IMG/VR virus record: IMGVR_UViG_3300017774_006743
Location: 10,322 to 74,321 of that record
Direction: 5' to 3' (one strand)
DNA from: a virus
Lineage: Duplodnaviria > Caudoviricetes
Length of the DNA stretch: 64,000 bases
This document shows, piece after piece, positions 38,813-49,877 of the stretch. The notes beneath the pieces were generated by a model, which was given only the letters and a program-made list of their open reading frames with translations, searched no databases and was not told where the DNA came from. Position numbers and translations under genes: made by a program. The number at the start of each line of letters is the position of its first letter. The stretch's first letter is position 1.

Positions 38813-41638
38813 ATGTACGATATTGTTACCTATGGTTATGGAAGTGTAGAGAATTCTATCACTAATAATAATACTGTTCCTGGTAACCAATTAGATCTTT
38901 CCCAGCCATTTACTTACTATGACTTTCTAAAGAATACCCGGGGATTTAATACAGCTGTTGATTATAATGATGGTTATCTAAACTACCTCAATAATTGGTA
39001 CACAAGCCAGGGAGAAACACCAACAGCTGTACAACAGCTTATTGCAAACCAATACATTAACCTCATTAGGGATATTAATCTCAACTATACAACTAATGAG
39101 GAGAAGAGGTTCCTTCAAAATATAGACTTTAATTCGAAAGAAGATCTCCAAATTGTTATTCCATTCTATTCTCGGAAGCTTAAAGATATTATTCTCCATA
39201 TTAGAGATAAACGGGAAGAGGTCAAATATGTCATTGATGTAAATTCTATTAAGGGGTCAAATAAATCCCTGGAGAAAGCCATATTTGAAACAATAACACA
39301 AACAATACTAGGGGATTCAACATATAACGTCTCTCTTTCAGCAGTCACCAATGATATGGAGATTGAAATTGAAGAGTTTATTGATACATACTCAAAATAT
39401 TTCAATGTACCACCCACAGCTGATAATGAACCTGAATCTCGGGAAAGATTTTATTCAGCAAATTCAAATGTTATTGATGGGGACCTATTCATCAATTTTG
39501 ATCAAAAGCTAAAAGACAGTATCTTTAAGAATACATTTCTCACCGAACTTGGGACGAACTTCTCTGTTAATGTTGATATAACATCCCTTATATCATGTAA
39601 TCCGAATGATGAATTCCGTAGTCAGATTACAAGTCAGTGTGCTGGTGGAATAACCATTGAGGACCGCTTAAATCTTCAGAAACAATTAATACAAAAGTAT
39701 ATTGGGGTTGATTATTACTACCTCTCATCAAATTCACTTGGTCAAACAGTGTCTGGGATGTTGTTTAGAGCAGATAACCCATCAGGACACCTGCTAAACA
39801 CCAGAAATTCATCAACACAATCAATTCCATCAGATCAATTAACATCATTGAGACAATTTGGGATGTATTTCACTCCAGATAAGACTGGTATACTTCGGTT
39901 TAACACAAAGACAAAGAAGCATTCATTTGATCTCTCTGTAGTTGAATCAAATACAACCTATATATTCCCAGATCCGGAGGTTTGTGGTAATGTTTACTAC
40001 AATGGTGAAACACCGGTTGTTTATACCATAACATATGAAGATGATATAGCTAATATATCAAAAACATTCACTGCTGGGGATCCGCGTGTTGATAGACAAG
40101 ACCAATCCTACTTTGGGTACTATTCAAAACAACAAGATATTCAGATCAACCCAGTTGATCGGTTTAATGTTGATCTTGTTAGCTTGTATAATGAAGGGTA
40201 TATTCAAGAATGGCGTCAAGATATTTTTGGTAATCAGTATGGGCTGTTTAAATCTAAGTTCCAAGACTATTTTAGAACTTTTGAAGATAGTAATGATGTA
40301 TATATTAAGGACCTGTTACTAAATGGTGGTGATTTCTTTGATAATATAGAGGGATACACAAACAATTCTGATTTTACCCCCTTTACTGGGGTATTTTCAA
40401 GCTATGCTGTTGATTATTACTTAACCCTCCGACAATTTACACCATATGCAGAGTTTGAAGATATTGGTGCTACAACGACATATCAATTCACCTTGAAAGA
40501 TGGGGGGTTATTTACGTTTTTAGATGGGTCCCCACTTCCAGATGGTATTTCATCTGATTCAATATCATTACCCTCAGTTATTGTACCGGGGTATTACTAT
40601 AGAACCCTCACTGATGGTGGTTTAAACATTTCATACACTCGAGCTTTGACAGGATCTGGAGCGTCGTATGAGGGAACTTTTATTTCATCCCCAAATCACA
40701 TCTTGTCTTCTGGAGAGAGCTTTGATGGTGGTAGTTTTGATGTTGATAACTCTATACATGGTGGTTATGAATATGGTGAAGGGCGATATTTCATTAATGA
40801 GTTACTCCCTGGTGCTGAAACAATTATATCAACACTATCATCATATGGAAATAGTGAACATGATATCCAATCAGTTAAAGACCAGCTTGGTGGTCGACTC
40901 GTTGTTGGAGATTACATGACTGGTTATGTATATCCACTGTCATCAACATATGCACTATACAATACATTTAAGAAATACAATCAGGATGTTCAGAATAGTG
41001 TATTCCATGGTGATATCATAACGTTTAATGTGTTTTATGATTGTATTCAATTACAAACCGGGGATTACTTTGTAGTTGATAAGATTGTGTACGACTCTGA
41101 TGGTTTTGCCACACCACACACCATCAACACCTACCATTCATTATCAGCTGATAATGTTTCAATAACAAACCCTTTTTATGTTAATGGGAAGGTATATTAT
41201 TGTGTACTAACTCTTGAAAGAACAGGAGACACACAATATGTCATTCCAACTTTCTATAGTTACAGTGTATCTAACAATACCGAGCATGTTGAATTTCCTA
41301 ATGCATCGACAACCTTCAATGAGTTAAGTTCAAACTTCACTCTTACACAGGTTAGTTCAGCAGATTGGTTTAGTAAAGTCATCACACCACGTCTTACCTA
41401 CAATTCCCGGAACATGGTGTTTGGTCTTTCATTTTTATCTTATAATCAAAACAATTCACCATATGTATTTGATTATAAGATCGAGGGAATTAATAAAGAG
41501 TTTAAGCTCATCGACCAACGGGTGTATCAACCATCAAATACATCTGGTATATACAGCAACACCCTAAATCTCACTGCCATTCCAGCTGAAGTACTTGGGT
41601 CTGGACTCACAATTACAGGGGGGTCATTTAAACTATAA
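38813..41638 (+). CDS. Large putative virion/baseplate protein
   Basis: 941 aa; TAAATA 7 nt upstream; follows the wedge genes. Confidence 0.6.
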   Translation: MYDIVTYGYGSVENSITNNNTVPGNQLDLSQPFTYYDFLKNTRGFNTAVDYNDGYLNYLNNWYTSQGETPTAVQQLIANQYINLIRDINLNYTTNEEKRFLQNIDFNSKEDLQIVIPFYSRKLKDIILHIRDKREEVKYVIDVNSIKGSNKSLEKAIFETITQTILGDSTYNVSLSAVTNDMEIEIEEFIDTYSKYFNVPPTADNEPESRERFYSANSNVIDGDLFINFDQKLKDSIFKNTFLTELGTNFSVNVDITSLISCNPNDEFRSQITSQCAGGITIEDRLNLQKQLIQKYIGVDYYYLSSNSLGQTVSGMLFRADNPSGHLLNTRNSSTQSIPSDQLTSLRQFGMYFTPDKTGILRFNTKTKKHSFDLSVVESNTTYIFPDPEVCGNVYYNGETPVVYTITYEDDIANISKTFTAGDPRVDRQDQSYFGYYSKQQDIQINPVDRFNVDLVSLYNEGYIQEWRQDIFGNQYGLFKSKFQDYFRTFEDSNDVYIKDLLLNGGDFFDNIEGYTNNSDFTPFTGVFSSYAVDYYLTLRQFTPYAEFEDIGATTTYQFTLKDGGLFTFLDGSPLPDGISSDSISLPSVIVPGYYYRTLTDGGLNISYTRALTGSGASYEGTFISSPNHILSSGESFDGGSFDVDNSIHGGYEYGEGRYFINELLPGAETIISTLSSYGNSEHDIQSVKDQLGGRLVVGDYMTGYVYPLSSTYALYNTFKKYNQDVQNSVFHGDIITFNVFYDCIQLQTGDYFVVDKIVYDSDGFATPHTINTYHSLSADNVSITNPFYVNGKVYYCVLTLERTGDTQYVIPTFYSYSVSNNTEHVEFPNASTTFNELSSNFTLTQVSSADWFSKVITPRLTYNSRNMVFGLSFLSYNQNNSPYVFDYKIEGINKEFKLIDQRVYQPSNTSGIYSNTLNLTAIPAEVLGSGLTITGGSFKL

Positions 41639-42168
41639 TGCATACAACAACCATTTATCTATCTTCAACAGACACATCTGGATTAAGCAGTAAAACATAT
41701 GGATTTTCAGAAGTGACATTGAAAGGTAATACATCTGTTATATTTGACTTCACAAGACTTGACGAGTCAATATATCGAGTAAATGTCATTAAGTTCCAAT
41801 ATGGTGATGGAAGTGATATTGAAACTTTCATCCGCCCGGTTGTATACAATTACAGAACTCAGTCTATTGCAAATGAAATCTTATACAATAAGGTTGGTTC
41901 GATCTGTGTTCCTTATAACCACAATTATATTCCTTCCTCAAGTACATATTTTTTAAGGTTGACTTGTCAGGCTGTGTGTTTCTTCAACAATATGAAGACA
42001 TCAACATTTAATGTTCCTATTCGTATAGCTCAAAATTCATTCTATGATGAAATTGATGAACTTCGAATTGTTGGTTCACAATTGATCCCGGATAGTACCT
42101 CTTCAACTATTCTTATTGTTGATCAATTGAAGTCGCAGTTTACAAACACAATGGTTTTGTCTAATTAA
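41638..42168 (+). CDS. Putative virion protein (degenerate PKD-like)
   Basis: FQYGDGS...HNYIP pattern; TAATG-coupled. Confidence 0.5.
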   Translation: MHTTTIYLSSTDTSGLSSKTYGFSEVTLKGNTSVIFDFTRLDESIYRVNVIKFQYGDGSDIETFIRPVVYNYRTQSIANEILYNKVGSICVPYNHNYIPSSSTYFLRLTCQAVCFFNNMKTSTFNVPIRIAQNSFYDEIDELRIVGSQLIPDSTSSTILIVDQLKSQFTNTMVLSN

Positions 42169-43589
42169 GACTGACCACGGAACGGCTTTACACACTTGAT
42201 AATGTTAAAGTACTTATCTTCTGAAATTCTGTGGATGACCTCAACAACAAGCCATTGCCCAAGCACCTTGTTGTCAATATTTTGAAACACTTGCTTGTCC
42301 CTTGATAGATTCAACTGATCTTTCTCAATATTAATGAATACCCCAGCTTTACGATATGGGGCACCATTGGTAACAAACTGGAGTTCCATATTATTAAACA
42401 ACAAGTCCCCCACCATTATTGCTTCTGCAGTAGCTTGGTGGTCTATATTTTGATAAGGAAAAGATAAGACCTTATAGTTCTTTGCTTCAAAGCCTGTTTT
42501 GGTATCATCAAGGTCTGCATTGAGTTGGGGGTTTATATACCCCTTCGTTGCAAGAGAACTAACGACATTTTGATTGAGCTTATCGATCACATCTTTGATC
42601 TTTAGATATACAATTGCATTAACATTTGAAGTCAACTCATCGGAGACAATGCATATGTCAGTGTGGTGAGTATTTGAAACATTGAACACAACATCAGAGA
42701 AAGAGTAACCATTAATGACATTCTGTCCATTTCTCTTTGCAGCAGCAACCTTTGGATCAATTGATGCAGCATCATCACTTTGTGACCCAATGATAAAGGT
42801 CTCATTACTAGCTCGGGGAGCGATATTTCCAATCATGGAAGTGAACGGAACAAGAATATATGTATCACTTTGCTTGTCATGAATGAGTAAACACTGTGTC
42901 CACACCCCATTATCCTTAACAATATACAATTTTAATAGTAGAGTGAGGAGATCATCTAAATTGTAATGAAGAGGTACCTGATACATAAGGGTTTGTTCCC
43001 CATTAATATCATCTGACAATTGGCCATCCTTATAAATCTTGAGTTTTGCTTCAGATCCGCGTGAAACCGATAGTATTTCCTTAATATACTGCCCCAAATT
43101 AACATCCCCCTTGATTTGAAATGGTGAGGGGAGGTCCCCGCCGTTTAATGCGGATGCTTTTGTTTCTCTTAGACTTGCTTCTGTTGGAGCAATGAAGTCT
43201 ATAAGATTAACAGCACTATTTGATTTTTCTGAGTTAACAGACGTTGTATTGTTGAAAATACCCCAAAAAGCAATGTCCATTGCCTTCACCCCCTGGGGTT
43301 GTCGCTGTGATAAGGCTGAATACTCACTTGGTGATAAACGAATGAACATTCCTCCGCGGTTATTTGACTTAAAGTTAATTAGATTTTCTAAAACGTTGTA
43401 TTGGTTTTTGAATATAATAGATCCTTTGACATCAAGATTAAACATGGTATCAACGATTTCAATACCTCCAATATTTTGATATGATAGTTGGGTGAGTTCC
43501 TTTTTAAGATTTCCGGTGTTATAATCCCCAGTATACACAAACCCCTCAAACACATAATCCTGATTATTGAGTTTAATTATATCAGCCAT
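42165..43589 (-). CDS. Baseplate hub protein, gp27/late control D-like
   Basis: IEIVDTMFNLDVKGSIIFKN; C-terminal GQWLVVEVIHRI. Confidence 0.55.
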   Translation of the reverse strand: MADIIKLNNQDYVFEGFVYTGDYNTGNLKKELTQLSYQNIGGIEIVDTMFNLDVKGSIIFKNQYNVLENLINFKSNNRGGMFIRLSPSEYSALSQRQPQGVKAMDIAFWGIFNNTTSVNSEKSNSAVNLIDFIAPTEASLRETKASALNGGDLPSPFQIKGDVNLGQYIKEILSVSRGSEAKLKIYKDGQLSDDINGEQTLMYQVPLHYNLDDLLTLLLKLYIVKDNGVWTQCLLIHDKQSDTYILVPFTSMIGNIAPRASNETFIIGSQSDDAASIDPKVAAAKRNGQNVINGYSFSDVVFNVSNTHHTDICIVSDELTSNVNAIVYLKIKDVIDKLNQNVVSSLATKGYINPQLNADLDDTKTGFEAKNYKVLSFPYQNIDHQATAEAIMVGDLLFNNMELQFVTNGAPYRKAGVFINIEKDQLNLSRDKQVFQNIDNKVLGQWLVVEVIHRISEDKYFNIIKCVKPFRGQS

Positions 43590-43983
43590 TTTTTAGAATT
43601 GAGTTTATAACTGTGTCTACATATTCCTGCTTCAGTACAATATATGTATCATTTGGATCAACGTAAAATTTATTGACCTTATCAGGGTTAAAGATCTTGA
43701 TCAACCACCACAAAACGAACTTGTTATTGATTTCCTTATCTGGGTTATAAACAAGGTTTGCAAATGTAGTAAATGGCATTCGAGCAGCTGGTGTATACTC
43801 TGTAAAGTACTCTGGGTTCAATTCTGGAAGTTGAATTTTATTTGTAATATTATAGAAGAAGAAGTCCTTACCTTCATTTGTGGTTGTATAGACTTTAAAG
43901 ATATGCTCATAAAACCCCGGTACAACAGGGGTTGTTGAGTAGTTTAAGAGCTCGGGAATCTGAAGGCATGTTTTTTGTTTCAT
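43582..43983 (-). CDS. gp53: Baseplate wedge protein, gp53-like
   Basis: FANLVY...LWWLIKIFN LysM-like pattern. Confidence 0.65.
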   Translation of the reverse strand: MKQKTCLQIPELLNYSTTPVVPGFYEHIFKVYTTTNEGKDFFFYNITNKIQLPELNPEYFTEYTPAARMPFTTFANLVYNPDKEINNKFVLWWLIKIFNPDKVNKFYVDPNDTYIVLKQEYVDTVINSILKNG

Positions 43984-45341
43984 AATCTACCTCTCAATCT
44001 GCTTAATGTCTGTAAACCTCTTGTTGAAATCACAGGATTCACAAGAAGTTGTTCATTAAAGTTATTTGTTGTTCTTACAAAAGATGTTAAGGGGGATTGG
44101 AGGAACGTTGTTTGTCCTGTCCCCTGGATTCCAACACTGGCTCGAATTGATTGAAGTATTTGCTTTGGGTCTCCTCTGAAGTTGGTAGATTGGAGCTCAT
44201 TTGACAACATCATATTTGCTGTTGGTTCAAGAAGAGATCTTAAGTTGATAGTCACCTCATATGCATCAGGAACAATACAGTTTATAACACCGCCACCTGG
44301 GGCTGGATTTATTAAATTTACGTTTCTTCTATTACCAACGAAAGTTACATTTATAGTATTCATGTAACAAAATGGTAATTCTGTTAATCCTGGTATCCGG
44401 GCACTATAGATCTTTGGTGGTACAACCCGTGACACAGAGCGCCGAAACGCCCGGTTCTGATAAAACAACAAAAATATGAGCTCAAAATTTTTCTGATAGG
44501 TGTCTCGATCTCTCGTGTTTATAAGCGGGAAACTAATTTTATACGATTCTTCATCATTACCAAAGCTATAATATTTTGGTTGTTCAATAAACGCCCCAGG
44601 GGAGGTGAGGGTAAAAAGAGATGCAAACTGTTCAATTGCTTCTTTTGCAACTCCAAGCATTGAACCGATACCAAGAGGATTCTTTTGTAATAACCCCTCT
44701 GGAGAACCACCGAAAGTTGATATTATACCACGCTCTGGGCTTAGATATGGAAACACATACTTAAACCCCGTTTGTGATCTTTGATATAGTAAGTTATACG
44801 GTTGTAGATACTTGTCTGTTAATCTAACATTAGATATACCACCGTCAAGAGCATTTAAAAATGTAGCAGCTGTACTAATACCTGTTCTAAACCCCTGAAC
44901 TGCCCCATTTGCAAACTCACCAATGGTGGTCCCAGCAAGGCCACCTGTTCGCGGATCAATAATCCCATTGCCTATACCTATATCTGTCACAAAGGTATCG
45001 ACTTTTGATATAATTTCCTTTGCTGACTTTGTAAATGCGTTATCACCGGCTGTATCAATAAGCTCTGATAATCTGTTTAGACCATCTGATGTGAATCCTT
45101 GAGTAACAAAATTCTTATAATACAAAAATGTTGCAACTGCAGCGTTTGTTGTTAAATCAAACTCATGAAGAAGTATATAGGGTGTTTTATCTACTTGATA
45201 CTGTGATAAGGGGGTCCCAGTCCAGGGGAAGTCCCGAATAACATCAATAATACCTCCAGCGGAAGCAGGGGTAGCTACGACAGGCTTTACATCATCAAAT
45301 TGATTAGTACCCTGTGTTTGTAATTGAAATATCTGCCCCAT
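43980..45341 (-). CDS. Baseplate/tail tube initiator, gp48-like
   Basis: ISFPLIN, PPKIYSARIPG, CYMNTINVTF, YEVTINLRSL tube-fold pattern. Confidence 0.55.
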   Translation of the reverse strand: MGQIFQLQTQGTNQFDDVKPVVATPASAGGIIDVIRDFPWTGTPLSQYQVDKTPYILLHEFDLTTNAAVATFLYYKNFVTQGFTSDGLNRLSELIDTAGDNAFTKSAKEIISKVDTFVTDIGIGNGIIDPRTGGLAGTTIGEFANGAVQGFRTGISTAATFLNALDGGISNVRLTDKYLQPYNLLYQRSQTGFKYVFPYLSPERGIISTFGGSPEGLLQKNPLGIGSMLGVAKEAIEQFASLFTLTSPGAFIEQPKYYSFGNDEESYKISFPLINTRDRDTYQKNFELIFLLFYQNRAFRRSVSRVVPPKIYSARIPGLTELPFCYMNTINVTFVGNRRNVNLINPAPGGGVINCIVPDAYEVTINLRSLLEPTANMMLSNELQSTNFRGDPKQILQSIRASVGIQGTGQTTFLQSPLTSFVRTTNNFNEQLLVNPVISTRGLQTLSRLRGRL

Positions 45342-45345
45342 CTAC

Positions 45346-47268
45346 TTATTTAATACCAAAGGAGTATGCCGAGTTATTAAATATCTGCCGGGGAGAAGGT
45401 GATTGTGATGAGGGGACAGAACCACCGCCAGGTTCATTAATAATGGTTGAGCCTCCCTGCTGTGTTTTTACTCCAATTTCACTAATAGACTTTCCATTCC
45501 GGATGATCTCTTCAAGTATCTTCTTTTGTATACTAACCTGTGTTGTGAGTATATCATTTGTTCTGTTGATTTGCGCAATATCAGCTCGAAAGGTGATAGT
45601 CTTTATACCGGTTGTATCAATCTTGCTTATACCCTGGAATATACCCTTGAGGGTTTCATCGATGATCGTTAGACCAGCTGTTGAACTAATAATACCCTGG
45701 ATACCTTCTGATACTAATTTGAGATTATCACCATATCCGGATAAGTACCCAATTTTTTGTTGTAACACACCAAATGCTTCCCCAGTTAATGCTAGTTGGG
45801 TAGGGTCTATATTACTGAGGTTGTAAAACAGCTGGTTAAATTTTTCAGCGTTTTTAATATCAACAACAAATATTTGTGATACTGCTTTTGCAAGCTCCAT
45901 AATAGCCTCCGATGATGTCTGAATATCTTTCCCTTTCGCTGTAAGTGTAATTATCTTATCAATTGGTCCACTATTGCTGAAAAAATCAACGAAACTCATC
46001 GATGCCCCGGCAACTGCAGATCCAAGAGCAACAGCAGCAAATTTAGCTAGTGAAGTTGCTAATCCAGTTAGAGAAGAACTTACATCCCTTATTTTTTCAC
46101 CAGGTATACTTAAGAGTTTGTCAAAAAATATGGTTATATGTTTGAACCCATCCCACATTCGCCGCACTATACCTTCTGTAGTGTTAAATGCTTGGAACAA
46201 CACCCCAGAGAATATATCAGCTATCTCAACAGCACTACCCGTGATTGTGGATATTACAGACTTCAAAACGTTTAATGAAGGTTGTAGGTTATCATTAATA
46301 AATCCAACAACCTTTTCAAATGCTCCGATCAATTTGAGCGATATAACAGATGCTTTATCTAAAAAATTATCATAGAAATCTTTAACTAGTGGTGCTAATT
46401 TATCAATTGTTTCAAACACCCTATCAACAACTTCAGATACTATATTACCTGTTAATGTTGCAATGTGGTTGATGCTATTAAACACTGGATCAAACATTGA
46501 TTTAATAATGCTGCCAACTTCAGATACTAACTTACCAATAAACCCAAATAGGTTTGTATATATTGTTGTAAATATATGTGAAATTAGGGGTGTAACATCC
46601 TTTATAAGGTTTCCAACTACTGGTAATACACTCATTAAAAACTCCTGGAGCTTTGGGACCATAGTTAAGAGGAATTCCTTAACAAGAGGATACACAAATC
46701 CGATAAATTTCATGAACGCTGGTATACCCTCTGTGAGAGCACCAATGATTTCCGGTAATTTATACACTAAAGCTGTTAAAATAGCAGCTCCTCCAATAAT
46801 TGCAACAGATGCAACGATAGCTGGCATTATACCACCGATCATTCCCCCAATATTATCAATCAGACCAGCAACGGCCCCAATAATCGATTGTGATTTTGAT
46901 ATAGCAGCTCGAGCTGGAGAAGTTCTTTGTGTGTCATCCTGGGTGTTGGTGGTTTGTTGTACTCCCGGAGTGGGAAGGACATCAGCAGCGTATGGTCTAT
47001 ACTTCCCAACCTGGAAAGCCATAGCTATTTCGTCCGCAAATATTTTTGCTATATGACGTTGCTTACTATCAGTTGTAAACTTCCCAAATTCAATGGTGTG
47101 ACCAATAATCTTTGAGACCTCGATCCATTTACTTTGCTCTTCACTAGTGAGCTCTGATGTTACAATGTTATGTTCAATTGATTCATCGCGACGAGATTGT
47201 TGCGTGGCTGTACCACGCTCTCCATCGCGACTATTAAGTAATTGTAATACCTTCTCAACAATATCCAT
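45346..47268 (-). CDS. Probable tape measure protein
   Basis: Long Ala/Ile/Gly/Ser helical protein with hydrophobic stretches, between hub genes. Confidence 0.7.
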   Translation of the reverse strand: MDIVEKVLQLLNSRDGERGTATQQSRRDESIEHNIVTSELTSEEQSKWIEVSKIIGHTIEFGKFTTDSKQRHIAKIFADEIAMAFQVGKYRPYAADVLPTPGVQQTTNTQDDTQRTSPARAAISKSQSIIGAVAGLIDNIGGMIGGIMPAIVASVAIIGGAAILTALVYKLPEIIGALTEGIPAFMKFIGFVYPLVKEFLLTMVPKLQEFLMSVLPVVGNLIKDVTPLISHIFTTIYTNLFGFIGKLVSEVGSIIKSMFDPVFNSINHIATLTGNIVSEVVDRVFETIDKLAPLVKDFYDNFLDKASVISLKLIGAFEKVVGFINDNLQPSLNVLKSVISTITGSAVEIADIFSGVLFQAFNTTEGIVRRMWDGFKHITIFFDKLLSIPGEKIRDVSSSLTGLATSLAKFAAVALGSAVAGASMSFVDFFSNSGPIDKIITLTAKGKDIQTSSEAIMELAKAVSQIFVVDIKNAEKFNQLFYNLSNIDPTQLALTGEAFGVLQQKIGYLSGYGDNLKLVSEGIQGIISSTAGLTIIDETLKGIFQGISKIDTTGIKTITFRADIAQINRTNDILTTQVSIQKKILEEIIRNGKSISEIGVKTQQGGSTIINEPGGGSVPSSQSPSPRQIFNNSAYSFGIK

Positions 47269-47286
47269 TCATACTATTTAAGTGTA

Positions 47287-48003
47287 TTACTTAGTAACGA
47301 ATAGCTGGTCTATAGTCAGTTTTTTATCCCCAATCACCAAGCATTCACTTTCAACAGTCCGGATATCCTGGATGAGTTTAATTACCTTGTTGTTAATAGT
47401 GAGTGGAAGATTCTTAACGACTTCTTTTCGGTCCTTATATTGAATGTCGTTAAATACGACTGTTTCACTTCCAACTGTTACTTCACTGATGAACTTAATA
47501 ATTTCACCAATGTATAAAAGATTAACAAGCTCTCCAGAATCTTTGATGTTATTGTTCTTAATTTCTGTTATTAACTTTGTGACCAACTTGTTCTCATCAC
47601 TGAGAGTTGGAATAACACATTTAACCTCAATGTCTTCATCGACAATTGTGGCTAGATCTTCCAACATCTTTGTTTTAGGAACAGAAAGTGTGGTGGTTGG
47701 CTCGTTCTCAACCTTATCTCCCATTGCAGCTATTCTCAATCCAAGTAAAACGTGGTATTTATCATACACTTTGAACTCAATATTATCTTCAATACAGTTA
47801 TCCATTACGATTTGGTTGATTGCTCTTGTAATTGTAAGTGGTGAAACAACTCCATCGAATCCAATAGCTGAAATAATATCTGTTTGCTGCGTTATGGTAA
47901 GAGGGGTAAAGTGAACTGATCTTCCCAAGCTTGGAACCCAAATTTGAACGGTGTTTAATGTGTTGTGTTCCTTAAGATTTGTGATTATGTTCTGAAAACT
48001 CAT
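47287..48003 (-). CDS. gp26: Baseplate hub assembly protein, gp26-like
   Basis: WVPSLGRSVHFTPLT...DKYHVLLGLRIAAMGD. Confidence 0.7.
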   Translation of the reverse strand: MSFQNIITNLKEHNTLNTVQIWVPSLGRSVHFTPLTITQQTDIISAIGFDGVVSPLTITRAINQIVMDNCIEDNIEFKVYDKYHVLLGLRIAAMGDKVENEPTTTLSVPKTKMLEDLATIVDEDIEVKCVIPTLSDENKLVTKLITEIKNNNIKDSGELVNLLYIGEIIKFISEVTVGSETVVFNDIQYKDRKEVVKNLPLTINNKVIKLIQDIRTVESECLVIGDKKLTIDQLFVTK

Positions 48004-48018
48004 ACTTCAATTTATATT

Positions 48019-48756
48019 CTACTTTTGTTTATTCAACTCTTTATTCTGCTTGTCAATTTCATCACTATACATCTTCATCAGCAATTGTGTCTCCCCGGGT
48101 GTTAGGGATATGTAGTGATCATATGATTTTGATACCTTATTAAGGAAGTGATATTGTGTCTGATAAAGCTGCATTAGTGGTTGTCCATATAATTCCATTA
48201 GCAACATTGGAAGAACACCATTCTGAATAGATAATTTGATTGGTTGTTTGATGTGTTCCTCATAACCAGCAAGAAATAACACCCTTTCATATTTTTTATC
48301 CACTTTATCAAGAAAGGATTGGATAGAATTAACAGGTATGTACCCAGAACCATTCTCTCGTATTGTTGATGTAATAGCGTCCCGAGGATTAAGTGATTTT
48401 GGAATGTCAATGTCGGTCCAAAGACCACTGGTGTACATTATTCTGTCACTATATGTATTTTCAATTTCATCAAGTGTAAGAAGTATGTTATTCAGGTCAT
48501 ATTGAAGAATCTGGTCAATTTCTGTACTACATTGAATGTATGGATCAACGAAAATGATGCGCATGGCAATCAACACATAAAATTTCTCAATACAGTTGAG
48601 ATCTTTGAATGGTTCCAACCACTCATCAAAGTAATTGCAGAACCCATCGATGTCTTTGTTCTCACAATATTTGACAATGTCGATATATTGTTTATTAGTC
48701 AGTTGTGGAACACGAATCGACCTGTTGTATACATCAAGTCTGATGGAGAAACTCAT
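48019..48756 (-). CDS. gp26-like protein with a gp51-like C-terminus
   Basis: IEKFYVLIAMR; C-terminal LYQTQYHFLNKVSKSYDHYISLTPGE. Confidence 0.5.
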   Translation of the reverse strand: MSFSIRLDVYNRSIRVPQLTNKQYIDIVKYCENKDIDGFCNYFDEWLEPFKDLNCIEKFYVLIAMRIIFVDPYIQCSTEIDQILQYDLNNILLTLDEIENTYSDRIMYTSGLWTDIDIPKSLNPRDAITSTIRENGSGYIPVNSIQSFLDKVDKKYERVLFLAGYEEHIKQPIKLSIQNGVLPMLLMELYGQPLMQLYQTQYHFLNKVSKSYDHYISLTPGETQLLMKMYSDEIDKQNKELNKQK

Positions 48757-48758
48757 AA

Positions 48759-49625
48759 TTATGCCTGTAACGCCCCGGGGATGTTGTTTATAATATCAGG
48801 TATTGGGGGACCCTGTATTGGTTCTGGAGGAATCTCCCGGGTCAATGGTCCCATAATAACTTCACCGGTTCGTTCCGGGGTTGTGATGGTTTCTGTTGAT
48901 CTTAAAACTAATGGTAACTGCTGGTTATATGTAAAGGTAAGATCACCATAATCTGGTGAGGAGATGAAATAGTCTCTGAAATACCATATGCTCGACTTTG
49001 AAACACTTGATATGTCAGACATCCCATCATATGATAATTCATCAGCTTCAACATTTGTTGGGTAACAGTCAAAAAAGGTAAATATCTTTCTTAACTGCCA
49101 TTGTGTACCTATTTCATTTGGTAATAACCTGTCCTTTACCCGATCAATCCGTGTATACAGCTGAACTTCAATATCACAACAAAGATCAAATTCATCCTTA
49201 ATGAGACCATAGTGTGACATTGCAATAACCCAGGGTCTGAGAAGAAAATCGATGATATCAAGATTTGTTTCAAGTACGTCTAATGTAAAGCCACTATATG
49301 CTTGTCTATTACCTGTTACAAAACCTGGTCGCAATCCACCTCTGTTTTCAATTTCGAGAGCAGATACATCAACCCCATCTCCAATTAAATTCATTCCCCG
49401 GCAGAACATATAACCAAGATCAGGTCGTATTTCACTAGTGAAATCAATAACAGGCCATGCTTCACTGCTGAGTTGATTTTCACAAGCAATCATCATTGTT
49501 TTGATGTTAGCTTGAACTTGCTGAAGCCGGGGGACGTTTAAATTAACAACCCACAGATTTTTAAGCGGGATGTCATTTCTCCATCGAGAGATTGCGTCAA
49601 GAAAAGCGTAATTAGGAAGAGGCAT
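48759..49625 (-). CDS. Tail tube-fold protein, gp54-like
   Basis: FTLDVLET...FLLRPW...FTFFDCYPTNV...LSYD. Confidence 0.6.
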   Translation of the reverse strand: MPLPNYAFLDAISRWRNDIPLKNLWVVNLNVPRLQQVQANIKTMMIACENQLSSEAWPVIDFTSEIRPDLGYMFCRGMNLIGDGVDVSALEIENRGGLRPGFVTGNRQAYSGFTLDVLETNLDIIDFLLRPWVIAMSHYGLIKDEFDLCCDIEVQLYTRIDRVKDRLLPNEIGTQWQLRKIFTFFDCYPTNVEADELSYDGMSDISSVSKSSIWYFRDYFISSPDYGDLTFTYNQQLPLVLRSTETITTPERTGEVIMGPLTREIPPEPIQGPPIPDIINNIPGALQA

Positions 49626-49641
49626 TCCTAATTATTTAAGC

Positions 49642-49872
49642 TTATCGTAGAAGTGCGTAAGCACGTTGCTTGATATCATCTGGGAATTGTTCGAACATTT
49701 CAGATTGAGCGATATCAGCTAGAAGAGTTTCAATTGAATCCCCTTCTTCATCACCAAATGATTGATCAAAATCATCTGAAGAGACGTCAGGACCAGGTCC
49801 TCCATGTTGTGCTTCTTGAGGCTGCATTCCATTAAAGGCTTCCCATATTAGGTTTTGGTCTTTTTTAGTCAT
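49642..49872 (-). CDS. Small acidic hypothetical protein
   Basis: 76 aa between tube genes; N-terminus NLIWE|A. Confidence 0.6.
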   Translation of the reverse strand: MTKKDQNLIWEAFNGMQPQEAQHGGPGPDVSSDDFDQSFGDEEGDSIETLLADIAQSEMFEQFPDDIKQRAYALLR

Positions 49873-49877
49873 TTAGA

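Noticed and set aside
45314-47115. Long plus-strand ORFs opposite the tape measure gene (and similar antisense ORFs elsewhere)
   Set aside because: Shadow frames of biased real genes; no motifs and no promoter boxes.
47287-48756. Programmed frameshift in tail assembly chaperones
   Set aside because: Two separate ORFs with normal stops; no convincing slippery site identified.
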